Counted from the stretch's first letter, positions 10,001-18,188 are shown. The stretch is 47,672 bases of DNA from an uncultured Aureispira sp. (GCA_902727865.1 CACVAQ010000010.1:1-47672), one strand, 5' to 3'. The notes: generated from the letters alone by a model not told the origin. Numbers and translations are program-made.

Positions 10001-10818
10001 AAAACTTATTCTTCCGTAATTTGGATGGTGATGGAGAAATGTTTGACTTGCCAATGGGAACCGATTGGAGAGGAAAAACGATTCACAACAAATCTGTCTT
10101 AGTTTCTTCGGTCTCTTTGGCTGGAACGGTTTTGCAAAATTATACTTTCGAATTAAGTATAGATGGTCAGGTATTCTACAAAGGAAAATCTTCTTTTGGA
10201 TTCTTTCCTGGCGAGGCATTAGCGCAGCAAGTTGGGTTGGATAATGGAACAGATGTTCCTGCTTGGTATCAAAGTCAAAATTTACAAGCAAAGGATTATT
10301 TGTCTATTAATTTAGATTCTTTGTATGGTAAAATGAAGTTATTCAAAGCACCTGCGGACAAACCGCATTATCACTTGGCGGGAGATCAATTGTTATTATT
10401 AGATCAACTAAAGATTGTCAAAGATGGCGGAAAATATAGCAAAGGCTATGTTCATGCTAGTAAGATTGTCAATACGTATGATTGGTTCTTTACTTGCCAT
10501 TTCTACCAAGATCCTGTAATGCCTGGTTCTTTGGGGGTTGAAGCCATTCTACAAGCCATGCAAACCTTTGCTTTGCAACAAAATTTAGGTAAAGATTTTA
10601 AATCGCCTAAATTTGTGCAGTTAGACCACCACAAAACTTCTTGGAAATACCGTGGTCAAATCTTGTTGGGGGTAGAAAACATGCACTGTGAAGTGCATTT
10701 CAAAACCATTGAAAAACGAGGAAATACCTTGGCAATTATTGGCGATGCGTTTCTTTGGAATGAAGGAACTCGCATTTATCAAGTTACTGATTTAGCCTTG
10801 GGTATTGTGGAGGCTTAA
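4027..10818 (+). CDS. pfaC: PUFA synthase PfaB/C-type subunit: KS-CLF-AT-DH(FabA)-DH(FabA)
   Basis: KS triad DAACATS / HATGT / GHLLTAAG; second KS-like (CLF) domain; AT GYSMGE; two FabA-type DH motifs CHFRDDEVLAGSL and CHFYQDPVMPGSL. Confidence 0.93.
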   Translation: MKIAIIGMSGLFPGSSTNKEFWENLVGEKNLIKMATEEDFGVSPDTFFQSDKGVVDKCYSLRGGYIRNFEFDPTGYKLPSDFVAKQDKLYQWSLYVAKEALKDSGYYDSKTALEKCGLVLGNLSFPTGSSHKLMSSVYTQTTEKALQELLEDDNFKIESHKYEQPDNEVLCDTPSKMVCKALGLGGNHYALDAACATSLYAIKLACDDLMTGKSDLMLAGAVCASDQLFIHMGFSIFHAYAPHDEKFAPLDSNSGGLVSSEGAGIVVLKRLDDAQWDGDKILGVIGGIGLSNDGRGKFLLSPNPKGQKLAFERAYLKDDVLPKNTSYLECHATGTPLGDVTEMNSISDFFQQHHAAPLLGSVKSNMGHLLTAAGMTGLFKVLLSMEKGFIPPNVNLTEAVQTENQFIKDEHIITRATPWKGNQAGINSFGFGGTNAHMVIQAYEKEKPAAYKLLSMEAMSIVGMEAYFGDCTNLDDFYASIYNGKQHFRALPAERWKGFDANEALLKEYGFKNGKAPKGAYIDRFEIDLLRYKIQPKEAETLEPQQALILSVADKALQDAGIDESQNIAVLIAMESELAIHHYLSRWDSVWQIEEAIERSNIILTEEKKKELKEQCKNALYFREGGQTPSQHTSFVGNIMASRIAALWDFSGPAFTVSCGENSVFKALEVAQNMLSLGEVDAVVVGGVDFCGGLESVLLRNQKNPASTVPNPSLSLNQNDAGWLVGEGAGAIVLKRSKEAKKDKIYATIDHIGKAKTELNIGYQELVASGVAAQDTQEIAQLLKTKQEQEVALGSVKTSIGNTCAASGIASLIKTALCLHHRFIPGIPNWKAPKLAEEFAGTNYYFPAKSRPWLLSNNQEKRRAAINGLDGLQIQLTESPVYQEKETPLTNGRVTNIILIKGNSETALNTQIQVLEKALLEGKALSQIAAQSYASTKQQKYTYCISILARNKKAFAQELKFIKLGLPNAILEKKEIKTPKGSYFTGNPLGTKGKVAFVYPGSAAAYNGLGQDIFQLFPQLHTHFEEKVPNMSEFVGTQYLHPKTQTADTATPNIHKDAIAMMSAGVFSSAIYTHILRAYFKLEPQIAFGYSMGESASMWYSLNVWSPTRTSVFKNSSLFQNEFSGDLNLLAKVWDTTSEEAKERWVSLILLAPRAKVEALVARYDKTYLSFVNTNNEVIISGEKATCLSIVSQLNCHSIEVPFQNVIHHDFCKMAHDDLMEMHEFSLEEKPNIDFYSSLTLEKLPFDSNIIARNSSKICYQAVDFPRTVETIYDKGARIFIELGANATCTSWIKENLATKEHLAISMNKKGKSDAQNILEAMAQLLSHGVALDLDILYKNILLEAEPRSFKKEIITGGKRIFDVLLSETNKASFANLQRKAIAKEPTLAVVDSETNLVATRLESSNTKQKNISIARAQQLSETQKSIVTLETKTVETMHNKTSNPTIGENGLLLQDFASGAQLKGKTIIFSQEDLQEFAEGKIGKVFGPDYDIIDSYSRRVMLPMDPYLLVSRVTGLNAKKGEYKPSTMQTEYDIPYNAWFTTDGQIPWAVSVESGQCDLLLISYLGIDFENKGDLVYRLLDCTLTFVDDLPFEGQTLRYDISINSFVKNGDNLLFFFSYDCYVEDRLVLKMRGGCAGFFTDEQLEEGLGLIYTKEELQAKVNVKKPKFTPLLNTTKTSFSKEDLHHLIDGNIEKCFGNISYYANGRNQSLCLPSEQILMLDRITSVDLQGGAYGLGYIVAEKDLSPNDWYFPCHFRDDEVLAGSLQAEGGGNLLRFLMLMLGLQRLTKDARYQPIYDLPQKVRCRKQVVPGKDTKLVYKLEVKEIGLVPNPYIIADLEIISDGVITVHFENLGLQLREKDNPKYLEQEAGVKISPRSEGALLNELDITNFALSDLSKAFGPDFSCYDGRTVSRQPNTDLQLISRVLKIEGERLYFKKPSTIYAEYDVPVDAWYYEQNSTKTMPYSVLMEIALQPCGLLGAYMGSTLKFSDKNLFFRNLDGDGEMFDLPMGTDWRGKTIHNKSVLVSSVSLAGTVLQNYTFELSIDGQVFYKGKSSFGFFPGEALAQQVGLDNGTDVPAWYQSQNLQAKDYLSINLDSLYGKMKLFKAPADKPHYHLAGDQLLLLDQLKIVKDGGKYSKGYVHASKIVNTYDWFFTCHFYQDPVMPGSLGVEAILQAMQTFALQQNLGKDFKSPKFVQLDHHKTSWKYRGQILLGVENMHCEVHFKTIEKRGNTLAIIGDAFLWNEGTRIYQVTDLALGIVEA

Positions 10819-10850
10819 TGTTGATTGGTTGTTTGACAACTCAAAGACTC
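10816..10850 (+). repeat. 35-bp motif starting at the pfaC stop codon (copy 1)
   Basis: TAATGTT-N6-TTGTTTGAcAACTCAAAGACTC; 28/35 identical to 12514-12548. Confidence 0.75.
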
Positions 10851-10893
10851 AACTTATATCCAATTAAAAAAACAGATTAAACAATATAAAAAC

Positions 10894-12516
10894 ATGATTA
10901 CGTTCACAGGAATAAAGCAAAAGCTATATTGGAAAGGCTCGCCTAGAGCCATTTCTTTTGATGCTGCTGGCATGGAAACTAAATTAAAAAACACCGCAGA
11001 CAATTGTTTCGTGGTCTTAGATCATGCCAACCGAATTGGCGTTGCCAATGCAGGTGAATTAACGACAGAAGGCAGCGGTTTACAAGTTTTGGGCATGGTG
11101 GCTCCAATGACGGCACAACAACTCGGTGATACAACCTTTAGAAGAGATTATAATCTAAAGTATGCTTACAAAACGGGGGCAATGGCAAATGGCATTGCTT
11201 CTGAAGCCTTGGTTATTGCGATCGGAAAAGCAGGTTTGCTAGGTTCTTTTGGAGCAGCAGGCTTGGTTCCGAACCGAGTAGAGCAAGCAATTAATACCAT
11301 ACAAGATGCCTTACAAAATGAGTCTTATGCCTTTAATTTGATTCATAGCCCCAATGAGCCTGCACTAGAAGAAGGTGCGGTCAAGCACTTTTTGGCTAGA
11401 GGCGTTCATGTGGTAGAGGCTTCGGCATTTTTGAGTTTGACGATCAACATCGTGCATTATCGAGTGGCTGGTTTGAGCCAAGATGCAGATGGCAATGTTT
11501 TGATTCAAAACCGAGTGATTGCTAAAATTTCACGAAAAGAAGTTGCAAGTCATTTCATGCAGCCTGCTCCAAAAAAGTACTTGGATAAATTATTGGCGGC
11601 TGGAAAAATCACGCCTTTACAAGCAGCATTAGCAGCAAAAGTTCCAATGGCAGATGACATTACCGTAGAAGCCGATTCTGGCGGGCATACCGACAATCGT
11701 CCTTTGGTGGCCTTGTTGCCTTCTATCATTCGTTTGCGCAATGAATTGCAATTGGTGCATCACTTTGAAACGCCTATTCGCATTGGTGCTGCTGGGGGAA
11801 TTGGAACTCCAGAGTCTGCCCTATCTGCCTTTATGATGGGGGCTGCTTATATTGTCACAGGTTCTGTCAATCAGGCTTGTGTAGAAGCGGGTACGTCTGA
11901 GCATGTTCGTAAATTATTAGCGAAAGTTGCTCAAACGGATGTGATGATGGCTCCTGCCTCGGATATGTTTGAAATGGGGGTTGAATTACAAGTCCTCAAG
12001 CGTGGAACCTTGTTTGGTCCTAGAGCTAAGAAATTGCATGAGTATTACATGAAGTACGATTCTATTGATGACATTCCTACAGCAGAACGGGAAAAATTAG
12101 AAAAACAAACCTTTAGAAAACCTTTGGAAGATGTTTGGCAAGGTTGTATTGAGTTTTTCCAAGAGCGTGATCCACACCAAATTGAGCGTGCAAAAGGTAA
12201 TCCTAAACGAAAAATGGCTTTGATTTTCCGTTGGTATTTGGGCTTGTCTTCGAACTGGGCCAATGCTGGTGTTCAAGATCGCTTGACAGATATGCAAATC
12301 TGGTGTGGTCCTGCAATGGGTTCTTTCAACGACTGGGTGAAAGGAACGTATTTAGAAGCGTATGAAAATCGTACGGCTGCGGATGTCGCTGGACATATTA
12401 TGGCTGGCGCTGCTTATTTGTATCGTGTACAGGCCTTACAAACGCAAGGAATACACTTGCCAATAGATTGGGCTAGTTATGTTCCTTCAGAGAAATATAT
12501 TGCTAATTTAGTGTAA
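10894..12516 (+). CDS. pfaD: PfaD enoyl reductase (FabK/NMO-like flavoprotein)
   Basis: GAMANGIAS, VEADSGGHTDNRP, MAPASDMFEMGVELQVLKRG and QIWCGPAMGSFN are typical of PfaD. Confidence 0.95.
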   Translation: MITFTGIKQKLYWKGSPRAISFDAAGMETKLKNTADNCFVVLDHANRIGVANAGELTTEGSGLQVLGMVAPMTAQQLGDTTFRRDYNLKYAYKTGAMANGIASEALVIAIGKAGLLGSFGAAGLVPNRVEQAINTIQDALQNESYAFNLIHSPNEPALEEGAVKHFLARGVHVVEASAFLSLTINIVHYRVAGLSQDADGNVLIQNRVIAKISRKEVASHFMQPAPKKYLDKLLAAGKITPLQAALAAKVPMADDITVEADSGGHTDNRPLVALLPSIIRLRNELQLVHHFETPIRIGAAGGIGTPESALSAFMMGAAYIVTGSVNQACVEAGTSEHVRKLLAKVAQTDVMMAPASDMFEMGVELQVLKRGTLFGPRAKKLHEYYMKYDSIDDIPTAEREKLEKQTFRKPLEDVWQGCIEFFQERDPHQIERAKGNPKRKMALIFRWYLGLSSNWANAGVQDRLTDMQIWCGPAMGSFNDWVKGTYLEAYENRTAADVAGHIMAGAAYLYRVQALQTQGIHLPIDWASYVPSEKYIANLV

Positions 12517-12548
12517 TGTTTTAAGCTTGTTTGAGAACTCAAAGACTC
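12514..12548 (+). repeat. 35-bp motif starting at the pfaD stop codon (copy 2)
   Basis: TAATGTT-N6-TTGTTTGAgAACTCAAAGACTC. Confidence 0.75.
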
Positions 12549-12641
12549 TGCGTAGCTAATTTTTGCCCTAGCGGACTCTTTTTCATAGTAGGCTGACAAA
12601 AGGTTCAAAGAGCCTCTTTTGGGGGTAAACTTTTATAAAGT

Positions 12642-12720
12642 AGGCTATTTTTTGGGGGAATGTAGAACACTCTACTGTAGTGTTTATATAGCTTTCCTAA
12701 AAAAATAGCCTCTTTTTTTT
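12642..12720. terminator. Long hairpin with T-tract between convergent genes; core of a larger degenerate palindrome
   Basis: AGGCTATTTTTT ... AAAAAATAGCCT with inner AACACT/AGTGTT, followed by a T run. Confidence 0.55.
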
Positions 12721-12852
12721 GAGAAGTTGCGTTTTTTGATCTTGCTTTAAGAACTAGGTTCTTGTATTATATGATGCAAAGGAAGAAGTCCAAGCCATTT
12801 TCAAGGATTTTGCACTAGGGCTTTCGTTAGATCTTGGCACAAAAATTAGGCT

Positions 12853-13383
12853 CTATTCAAAAGTTGTTGTCCCTTCTTTTTTAAAATAGTTATTGTATAA
12901 ATCTTGAAGGTCTAAGGCTATAAATATTTGTTTACCCTTTCCAAATCTTTTTAGTCTATGTATCGCTGTGCTCTTTATTTTAGACTTAAATATAAAGAGG
13001 TATTTAGAGTCTATTGGGATTTCTGAGCCTAATAATACCCTAGAGCCATTAACCTTTTTCATAAGATCTTTCTCATGGATATTATTAATACTCTTACAGT
13101 TTAATTTATATTCACACAAAATAAAAGCATTTATTTTTCGATTTACTCTTTCTTGTACACCAAACCCAACATCCATTGTTGAATTTCTAGAAGATTTGTT
13201 CTTAGCTAATTCAACGGCATCTAAATTCAAAGCCATTTCATTAAAAAAGGGTGTTTTTATTTTTTTATCTGATTCTTGTTTCGTTATATCATCTAACAAC
13301 TCCAAACAACTTTTGTATTGTTCTGACAAAGGATGATTTTCAGTTGTTTCCAAACAATAAACCCATTTATTCGGTGTTGCCAT
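12853..13383 (-). CDS. Hypothetical protein with a PD-(D/E)xK nuclease-like motif
   Basis: STMDVGFG ... FILCEYKLN resembles the D...ExK core; ATG at 13383 overlaps the ATPase stop, suggesting coupling; the longer 13434 start lies inside the ATPase. Confidence 0.6.
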   Translation of the reverse strand: MATPNKWVYCLETTENHPLSEQYKSCLELLDDITKQESDKKIKTPFFNEMALNLDAVELAKNKSSRNSTMDVGFGVQERVNRKINAFILCEYKLNCKSINNIHEKDLMKKVNGSRVLLGSEIPIDSKYLFIFKSKIKSTAIHRLKRFGKGKQIFIALDLQDLYNNYFKKEGTTTFE

Positions 13384-14686
13384 ACAAATCCATTCTTTCA
13401 AAGGCAATATTGAAGGATTCAAAAATAGCTTCAATATCAGTTCCTAGTTCTTTGTAATTATATTTGAACTCTTCTCCTGTTTGTTCTGCTAGATAATAAT
13501 GTAATTTATCATCTACTTGCTCCTTTTCAGAGATATATTTAATCGCACTAACCATATCAGGATGATGACTTGCAATTAAAAAACGCACACCTACATGTTT
13601 GTGCAATAAGACAATCAATCGGGCGTACTCTACTACCCATTGTGGGTGCAAATGCGCTTCGGGTTCGTCTATTATTAATAAGGTTTTATTCGTTAAAAAG
13701 CCATTTTTGAATAATATTTGGAGGACTGCGAAAGATTTTATTCCTGTGGCGCATTCTAATAAATTGAATTCTTTTCCGTCTTTTCGTTTGTAAATAAACA
13801 TATTAGAAAGAAGTACTGTTTGTTCAGACAGATTAGCTTCTCCATTTAATATATCTTCCTTGAATATTTTATCTATATTCTTATCATTTATTCTAGTACC
13901 ATGCTTACTGAGAACACTGTTCAAATATTCCCAGTGTTTTCTTCTCCCTGTAAACTCAGAAACACCAAGCATCATAGGGCTATCTATATAAGCTGTATTT
14001 CTTATTGAATAAAATGGTGAAATATTTTTTTTATCTGGTTCTATTATCGCTTCTCCATATTCCTTTACAACATAATTATTAGGTGGCAGTGGATTATCGT
14101 AAAAAGCCAATTCTAACTCTTCATGCAAAAAAGTAACGGGTCTTGACTTTTTTAGATTTTCAGTATTTTGCCTTTTTTCAAGTACTGCTTTTCTTAGTTT
14201 TTCTAGTAGTTCTTTAACAGTATCTTTATCTTCTAACGCTTCCGATCTCAATACATCTCTTAGTATATACTTAATTCTAGGTATGTTTTTTACTTTTTCT
14301 CGACCAGAATAGCTTACTAGCGTATCTACCAAGTCATTAATTGTTTTAACTACTATAAGTATACCAAGACGGTCTAAGTTGACATCTACAATCAATTTTC
14401 TAAGCTCACTAAATTCATTTTCATTAATAACATTATAAGTAAAATGTAAATCTCTAAATAGTGTGATTAAGGTATTTGTTATTTCATGTAAGTATTCCTT
14501 TAACTTGCCCTCCACAATCGCATCAAACTCAATAGAAGTCTTAAAGATATAATAAGCCAATTTAGAAATCGTACTTTTCCCACAACCATTCTCTCCTGCT
14601 AATACCGTAATACCATCCAAGATGATATCTGCTTGTTCGATTGCACGGATATTCCTCAAACTTATTTTTAAATCGTGTTCTTTCAT
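13367..14686 (-). CDS. ABC-type ATPase (AAA_15/AAA_21; AbiEii/OLD/AriA-like)
   Basis: N-terminal LRNIRAI, Walker A GENGCGKST, helical insert, signature-like CATGIKS, Walker B IIDEPEAHLHP, H-loop IASHHP; no membrane segments. Confidence 0.88.
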   Translation of the reverse strand: MKEHDLKISLRNIRAIEQADIILDGITVLAGENGCGKSTISKLAYYIFKTSIEFDAIVEGKLKEYLHEITNTLITLFRDLHFTYNVINENEFSELRKLIVDVNLDRLGILIVVKTINDLVDTLVSYSGREKVKNIPRIKYILRDVLRSEALEDKDTVKELLEKLRKAVLEKRQNTENLKKSRPVTFLHEELELAFYDNPLPPNNYVVKEYGEAIIEPDKKNISPFYSIRNTAYIDSPMMLGVSEFTGRRKHWEYLNSVLSKHGTRINDKNIDKIFKEDILNGEANLSEQTVLLSNMFIYKRKDGKEFNLLECATGIKSFAVLQILFKNGFLTNKTLLIIDEPEAHLHPQWVVEYARLIVLLHKHVGVRFLIASHHPDMVSAIKYISEKEQVDDKLHYYLAEQTGEEFKYNYKELGTDIEAIFESFNIAFERMDLYGNTE

Positions 14687-14702
14687 TTAGCATTCTTTTT
14701 TT

Positions 14703-14710
14703 CAAAGATA
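14703..14710 (-). promoter_or_regulatory. Bacteroidota -7 promoter box for the ATPase
   Basis: TATCTTTG (TAnnTTTG) on the minus strand, 16 nt upstream of the ATG at 14686. Confidence 0.5.
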
Positions 14711-14741
14711 AATGATTTTTATAGATAAACGAAACTTCTTG

Positions 14742-15197
14742 CTACTGAGCAATATCCCGAATAATTTTCAAATGATGCTCGGTATGAATTTCCAAAAACA
14801 AAATGGCTTTGTCTCGACTCAATAAGCCAAAGAAAGGGTGTTCGAAGTACGCCTTAGGTTTTAAATGCACAGCTGTCTCTATTGACTTTCTTGACTTTTG
14901 GATAAAATCTAACAAAGCTTCCTCCCTTAGATCTTCGTCCACAGGGCTTACGGCTTTAGGGGCTTTTGCTTTACCTCTAGGAATTTTTTGGGTCGTCAAA
15001 ATGAACATTCTCATAAAGTTGAACTGCCACTTATATTCTTTAGGATTGGATTTTGCCATGCTTGTTGTCACAGCATTAATAACCTTCAAGACGTGGGCTA
15101 TTTGCCAACTAATCGTAGCCGTTGAAACCGCTTCGTTTGAAAGGTTTTTTTGACTAATATAAGATTCCAATTCGTCTATTGCTTTTAATAATTTCAT
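14742..15197 (-). CDS. DinB/DUF1569-like four-helix protein
   Basis: WQIAHVL near the N-terminus; HPFFGLL...HTEHHL at the C-terminus. Confidence 0.8.
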   Translation of the reverse strand: MKLLKAIDELESYISQKNLSNEAVSTATISWQIAHVLKVINAVTTSMAKSNPKEYKWQFNFMRMFILTTQKIPRGKAKAPKAVSPVDEDLREEALLDFIQKSRKSIETAVHLKPKAYFEHPFFGLLSRDKAILFLEIHTEHHLKIIRDIAQ

Positions 15198-15230
15198 TGA
15201 CTTCTATTTAAGGATGAATCGTTCGAACGG

Positions 15231-15938
15231 TTATACAAAATGACGTTGAATAAAAAATCGAACCAATAGCCCTAAAGTTAACAAAGTAAATAGAAAACCA
15301 ACAGCTAGGAACAGTAAATATGCTTCATGCAGAATCAAATAGTGCATTCCTGTATACGCCCAAAAGGTCGGAATAAAGGAAAAGGCGTATTTATAATCTG
15401 GCAAAAAGAAGGCCGCTAAGGGCAGCGAAACAATCAAGTTCAAGCCTTTGAACCAAGTCATTCCTTCAATTTTATTGTTTGCTAAAGCACCTACTGCTAA
15501 AGCTAAAATGGGCGCCAACAAACCAAATAAGCTCGCAAAGCTAAAACTACCTAAAATAGGTAAGGGGTACAGAGGTTGCAGCATTAAAATAACAAATGTG
15601 GTTAGGCTTGACAATAAATAAGGCGCTAACAGGCGGTTTAATAAAAATCCGCTTTTAGAGATGGGCAAAACGCCATACATTTTGGCAACTTCGGTATCTC
15701 GCTCATCCAAAAACACAATGCTATAGATAAATCCATACATCGTAGAAGCCTGCGTACAGGACATAATCACAATGTATATGATATAGGGTGCTATTTCTGG
15801 ATAGGTCGCTCTTAGATAGGGACATACAAAGCAAACGATTAATAAGATTAGGACGGGCATAAAGAGAAAGGCTCGTAAAGAAGGGTCTCTAAAAATGAGC
15901 TTAAAATCATTCACCGCAGTTATTAAGAATTGTTTCAT
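15231..15938 (-). CDS. ABC-2 type exporter permease (fluoroquinolone-export Rv2686c-like)
   Basis: About 6 hydrophobic segments; FLDERD and ANNKIEG motifs; in an operon with an ABC ATPase. Confidence 0.8.
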   Translation of the reverse strand: MKQFLITAVNDFKLIFRDPSLRAFLFMPVLILLIVCFVCPYLRATYPEIAPYIIYIVIMSCTQASTMYGFIYSIVFLDERDTEVAKMYGVLPISKSGFLLNRLLAPYLLSSLTTFVILMLQPLYPLPILGSFSFASLFGLLAPILALAVGALANNKIEGMTWFKGLNLIVSLPLAAFFLPDYKYAFSFIPTFWAYTGMHYLILHEAYLLFLAVGFLFTLLTLGLLVRFFIQRHFV

Positions 15939-15958
15939 TAGTTTATTTTTTTATAGTA

Positions 15959-16663
15959 CTAAGATCGAACGGACCTATAAAAAACCTTGAAAGCTCCCCA
16001 ATACAACACTCCAATCCAAAGGAACATGGAACCATAGGCCCAAAGCAAATCTAAAGTAGCCAAAGGCGTTTCGTAAGAACTAATCAGCAAATCTGTTGCT
16101 CCTTGCGTCGGTATTATTTTGAACCAAGCGATGTCTGTTAGCTTATAATAATTTAATAAAGGCAAACTGAGCAGCAACATAACAGGTATGGACAGCAGCA
16201 TATAGTTTAAAAACTCATTGGTATAGCTGATTAGAAAAACGCCTGCTAAACTAAAAATAAAGCAAATCCCAATTACGCCAAACGAAAAATGCAGCCAATT
16301 AAAGGAAAAACCTAAAGCCGCAATGGTCATTCCCAAAGCACAAAGCCAACCAATAATCGTTAAGGCAATCGTTCTTGACAACAAATAATGATGGACGCTC
16401 ATTGGCGTTACTAAAAAAGCAGACAAGACTTGTTGATTTTTTTCCAAAATCACCGCCAGTCCAAAAAACAGCAAACCAATTAAACTTGGATCGTTGTAAA
16501 CCAACAGCGTCAAGACTTTTTCCATATAGGCAAAGTCCTTAAAAAAGTAGAAAATAAGCGCGTACATCGCTGTAATTCCAAGGCTAATATTAATTAGGTT
16601 GTTTCGATGCAAAATGACAAATTGCCATTTTAACTCTCGTCCCAATTGCTTTAAATTTTCCAT
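15959..16663 (-). CDS. ABC-2 type exporter permease (Rv2687c-like)
   Basis: Hydrophobic; ILEKNQQVLSAFLVTP motif. Confidence 0.8.
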   Translation of the reverse strand: MENLKQLGRELKWQFVILHRNNLINISLGITAMYALIFYFFKDFAYMEKVLTLLVYNDPSLIGLLFFGLAVILEKNQQVLSAFLVTPMSVHHYLLSRTIALTIIGWLCALGMTIAALGFSFNWLHFSFGVIGICFIFSLAGVFLISYTNEFLNYMLLSIPVMLLLSLPLLNYYKLTDIAWFKIIPTQGATDLLISSYETPLATLDLLWAYGSMFLWIGVLYWGAFKVFYRSVRS

Positions 16664-16667
16664 CCGT

Positions 16668-17519
16668 TTAGATTTTTAGATTCGTCCCCGTTACTTGAAT
16701 AAATACCTCTTCCAAACTCGCTTCCAAGGTTTCAATTTTCATCAAGTCCTCTTGCTTAATCAAGTTTAAAAAAGCTTGATTATAACCAATGTCTTTTACT
16801 GGAAATTCGGTCTTCTCCAAGTTATTCATCGTCACTTGAATACATTCTTTCCCGTATTTATGTTTTAAGGTAGTAGGCGTATCGGTCAACACAATTTTAC
16901 CATCGACAATAAAAGAAATTCGATCGCACAACTCATCTGCGGTTGCCATATCGTGTGTGGTAATAAAAATCGTTTTCCCTTTTGCTTTCAAGGCTTTAAT
17001 TTCCGCTTTAACTTTGTGGGCATTGGTTGGATCTAAACCAGAAGTTGGTTCGTCAAAAAAGATAATATCTGGATTGTGCATAATTGAACGAATGAAGTTC
17101 AGTCGCATTTTCATTCCTTTGGAGTAGTCCTCTACCCTTTTGTCAATGTGCGCTTCCATTCCGACCATAGCAAATAAGCTTTCTAAATTTTGCAATTTTT
17201 CTTTCGGATAAAAAGAACCAAACAGCGTTAAATTTTCTCGTGCAGTTAGTTTCATATAGTGATTGGGCAGCTCAAAACCAACTCCAATTCGAGCGTAATA
17301 ATCTTTGCCTAGACGATCTAGAGATTGACCATCAATCAATACTTCTCCTTGGTAATTGGTCAATATTTTATATAGAATTTTTTGTGTGGTACTTTTACCA
17401 GAGCCAGAAGGTCCCAGAAATCCAAAAATTTCGCCACTTTCTATTGCAAAATTAAGTTGCTCTAAAGCAAAATTGCTTGATTTATTATAACGATAGCTAA
17501 GGTTCTTTACTTCAATCAT
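16668..17519 (-). CDS. ABC exporter ATP-binding subunit
   Basis: GPSGSGKST, YSKGMK signature, FFDEPTSGLDP, TTHDM. Confidence 0.93.
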   Translation of the reverse strand: MIEVKNLSYRYNKSSNFALEQLNFAIESGEIFGFLGPSGSGKSTTQKILYKILTNYQGEVLIDGQSLDRLGKDYYARIGVGFELPNHYMKLTARENLTLFGSFYPKEKLQNLESLFAMVGMEAHIDKRVEDYSKGMKMRLNFIRSIMHNPDIIFFDEPTSGLDPTNAHKVKAEIKALKAKGKTIFITTHDMATADELCDRISFIVDGKIVLTDTPTTLKHKYGKECIQVTMNNLEKTEFPVKDIGYNQAFLNLIKQEDLMKIETLEASLEEVFIQVTGTNLKI

Positions 17520-17525
17520 TCCTAA

Positions 17526-18188
17526 TTATTTTTTAAAATCTAAGGCTCCTTTTAGTAACACGATTTGCTCGTCAACGGCTTCCATCAAAGCCTCTTTATC
17601 CAAGGCAAAAACAGGTTTTCCATCTTTGATATTTTCATCAAAATCAATAAGATACCGATCTCGCAAAACATCTCCAATGCCCAGACTTACAGAAACCAAA
17701 AAATAAGTCATTGCCGCTGCTGATATGTCCTTTCTGAAATTCCCTTGATCTATTTCTGCTTGAATAAGGCTTATATAGGCTTGAATGGCTTGTTGTTTCC
17801 ATTCTTTCATAAAGCCTCGCAACACCTCAGAACTTTCCTTCTCTCCTATTCGATATAAAAATTGACTCTCCAAGGGATGTTCCAAATCGAATTGAATGCC
17901 TGCTTCGTACTGTGTTCTGTAGTACGCCCAAAAAGTAGGATACTCTTCTCGCTTAATTCCCAATACATACTGCATTTTTATCCTTTCGCAAAGCGATTTC
18001 AAATACAAGTACAAATCCAATTTATTCTCAAAGTATTGATAAACAGAACCTTTGGCTATGTTTAACTTTTTGACCACAACCGACACAGAGGCCTTGTCGT
18101 AATTATTGGCCGCAAACTCTTTCAAGAAGCCTTTGAGGAATGCTTCTCGTTTTGAATTAGGTAGTTTTTCGAATGTTGGTTTTGGCAT
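17526..18188 (-). CDS. TetR/AcrR family regulator
   Basis: HTH SVSVVVKKLNIAKGSVYQYFENKLDLY. Confidence 0.92.
   Translation of the reverse strand: MPKPTFEKLPNSKREAFLKGFLKEFAANNYDKASVSVVVKKLNIAKGSVYQYFENKLDLYLYLKSLCERIKMQYVLGIKREEYPTFWAYYRTQYEAGIQFDLEHPLESQFLYRIGEKESSEVLRGFMKEWKQQAIQAYISLIQAEIDQGNFRKDISAAAMTYFLVSVSLGIGDVLRDRYLIDFDENIKDGKPVFALDKEALMEAVDEQIVLLKGALDFKK

Noticed and set aside
13384-13434. Upstream start for the 193-aa ORF
   Set aside because: Overlaps the ATPase by 68 nt; the ATG at 13383 is more plausible.
12853-14741. Retron, Septu or Gabija assignment for the ATPase pair
   Set aside because: No RT or msr-msd, no HNH motif, no TOPRIM or UvrD partner visible.
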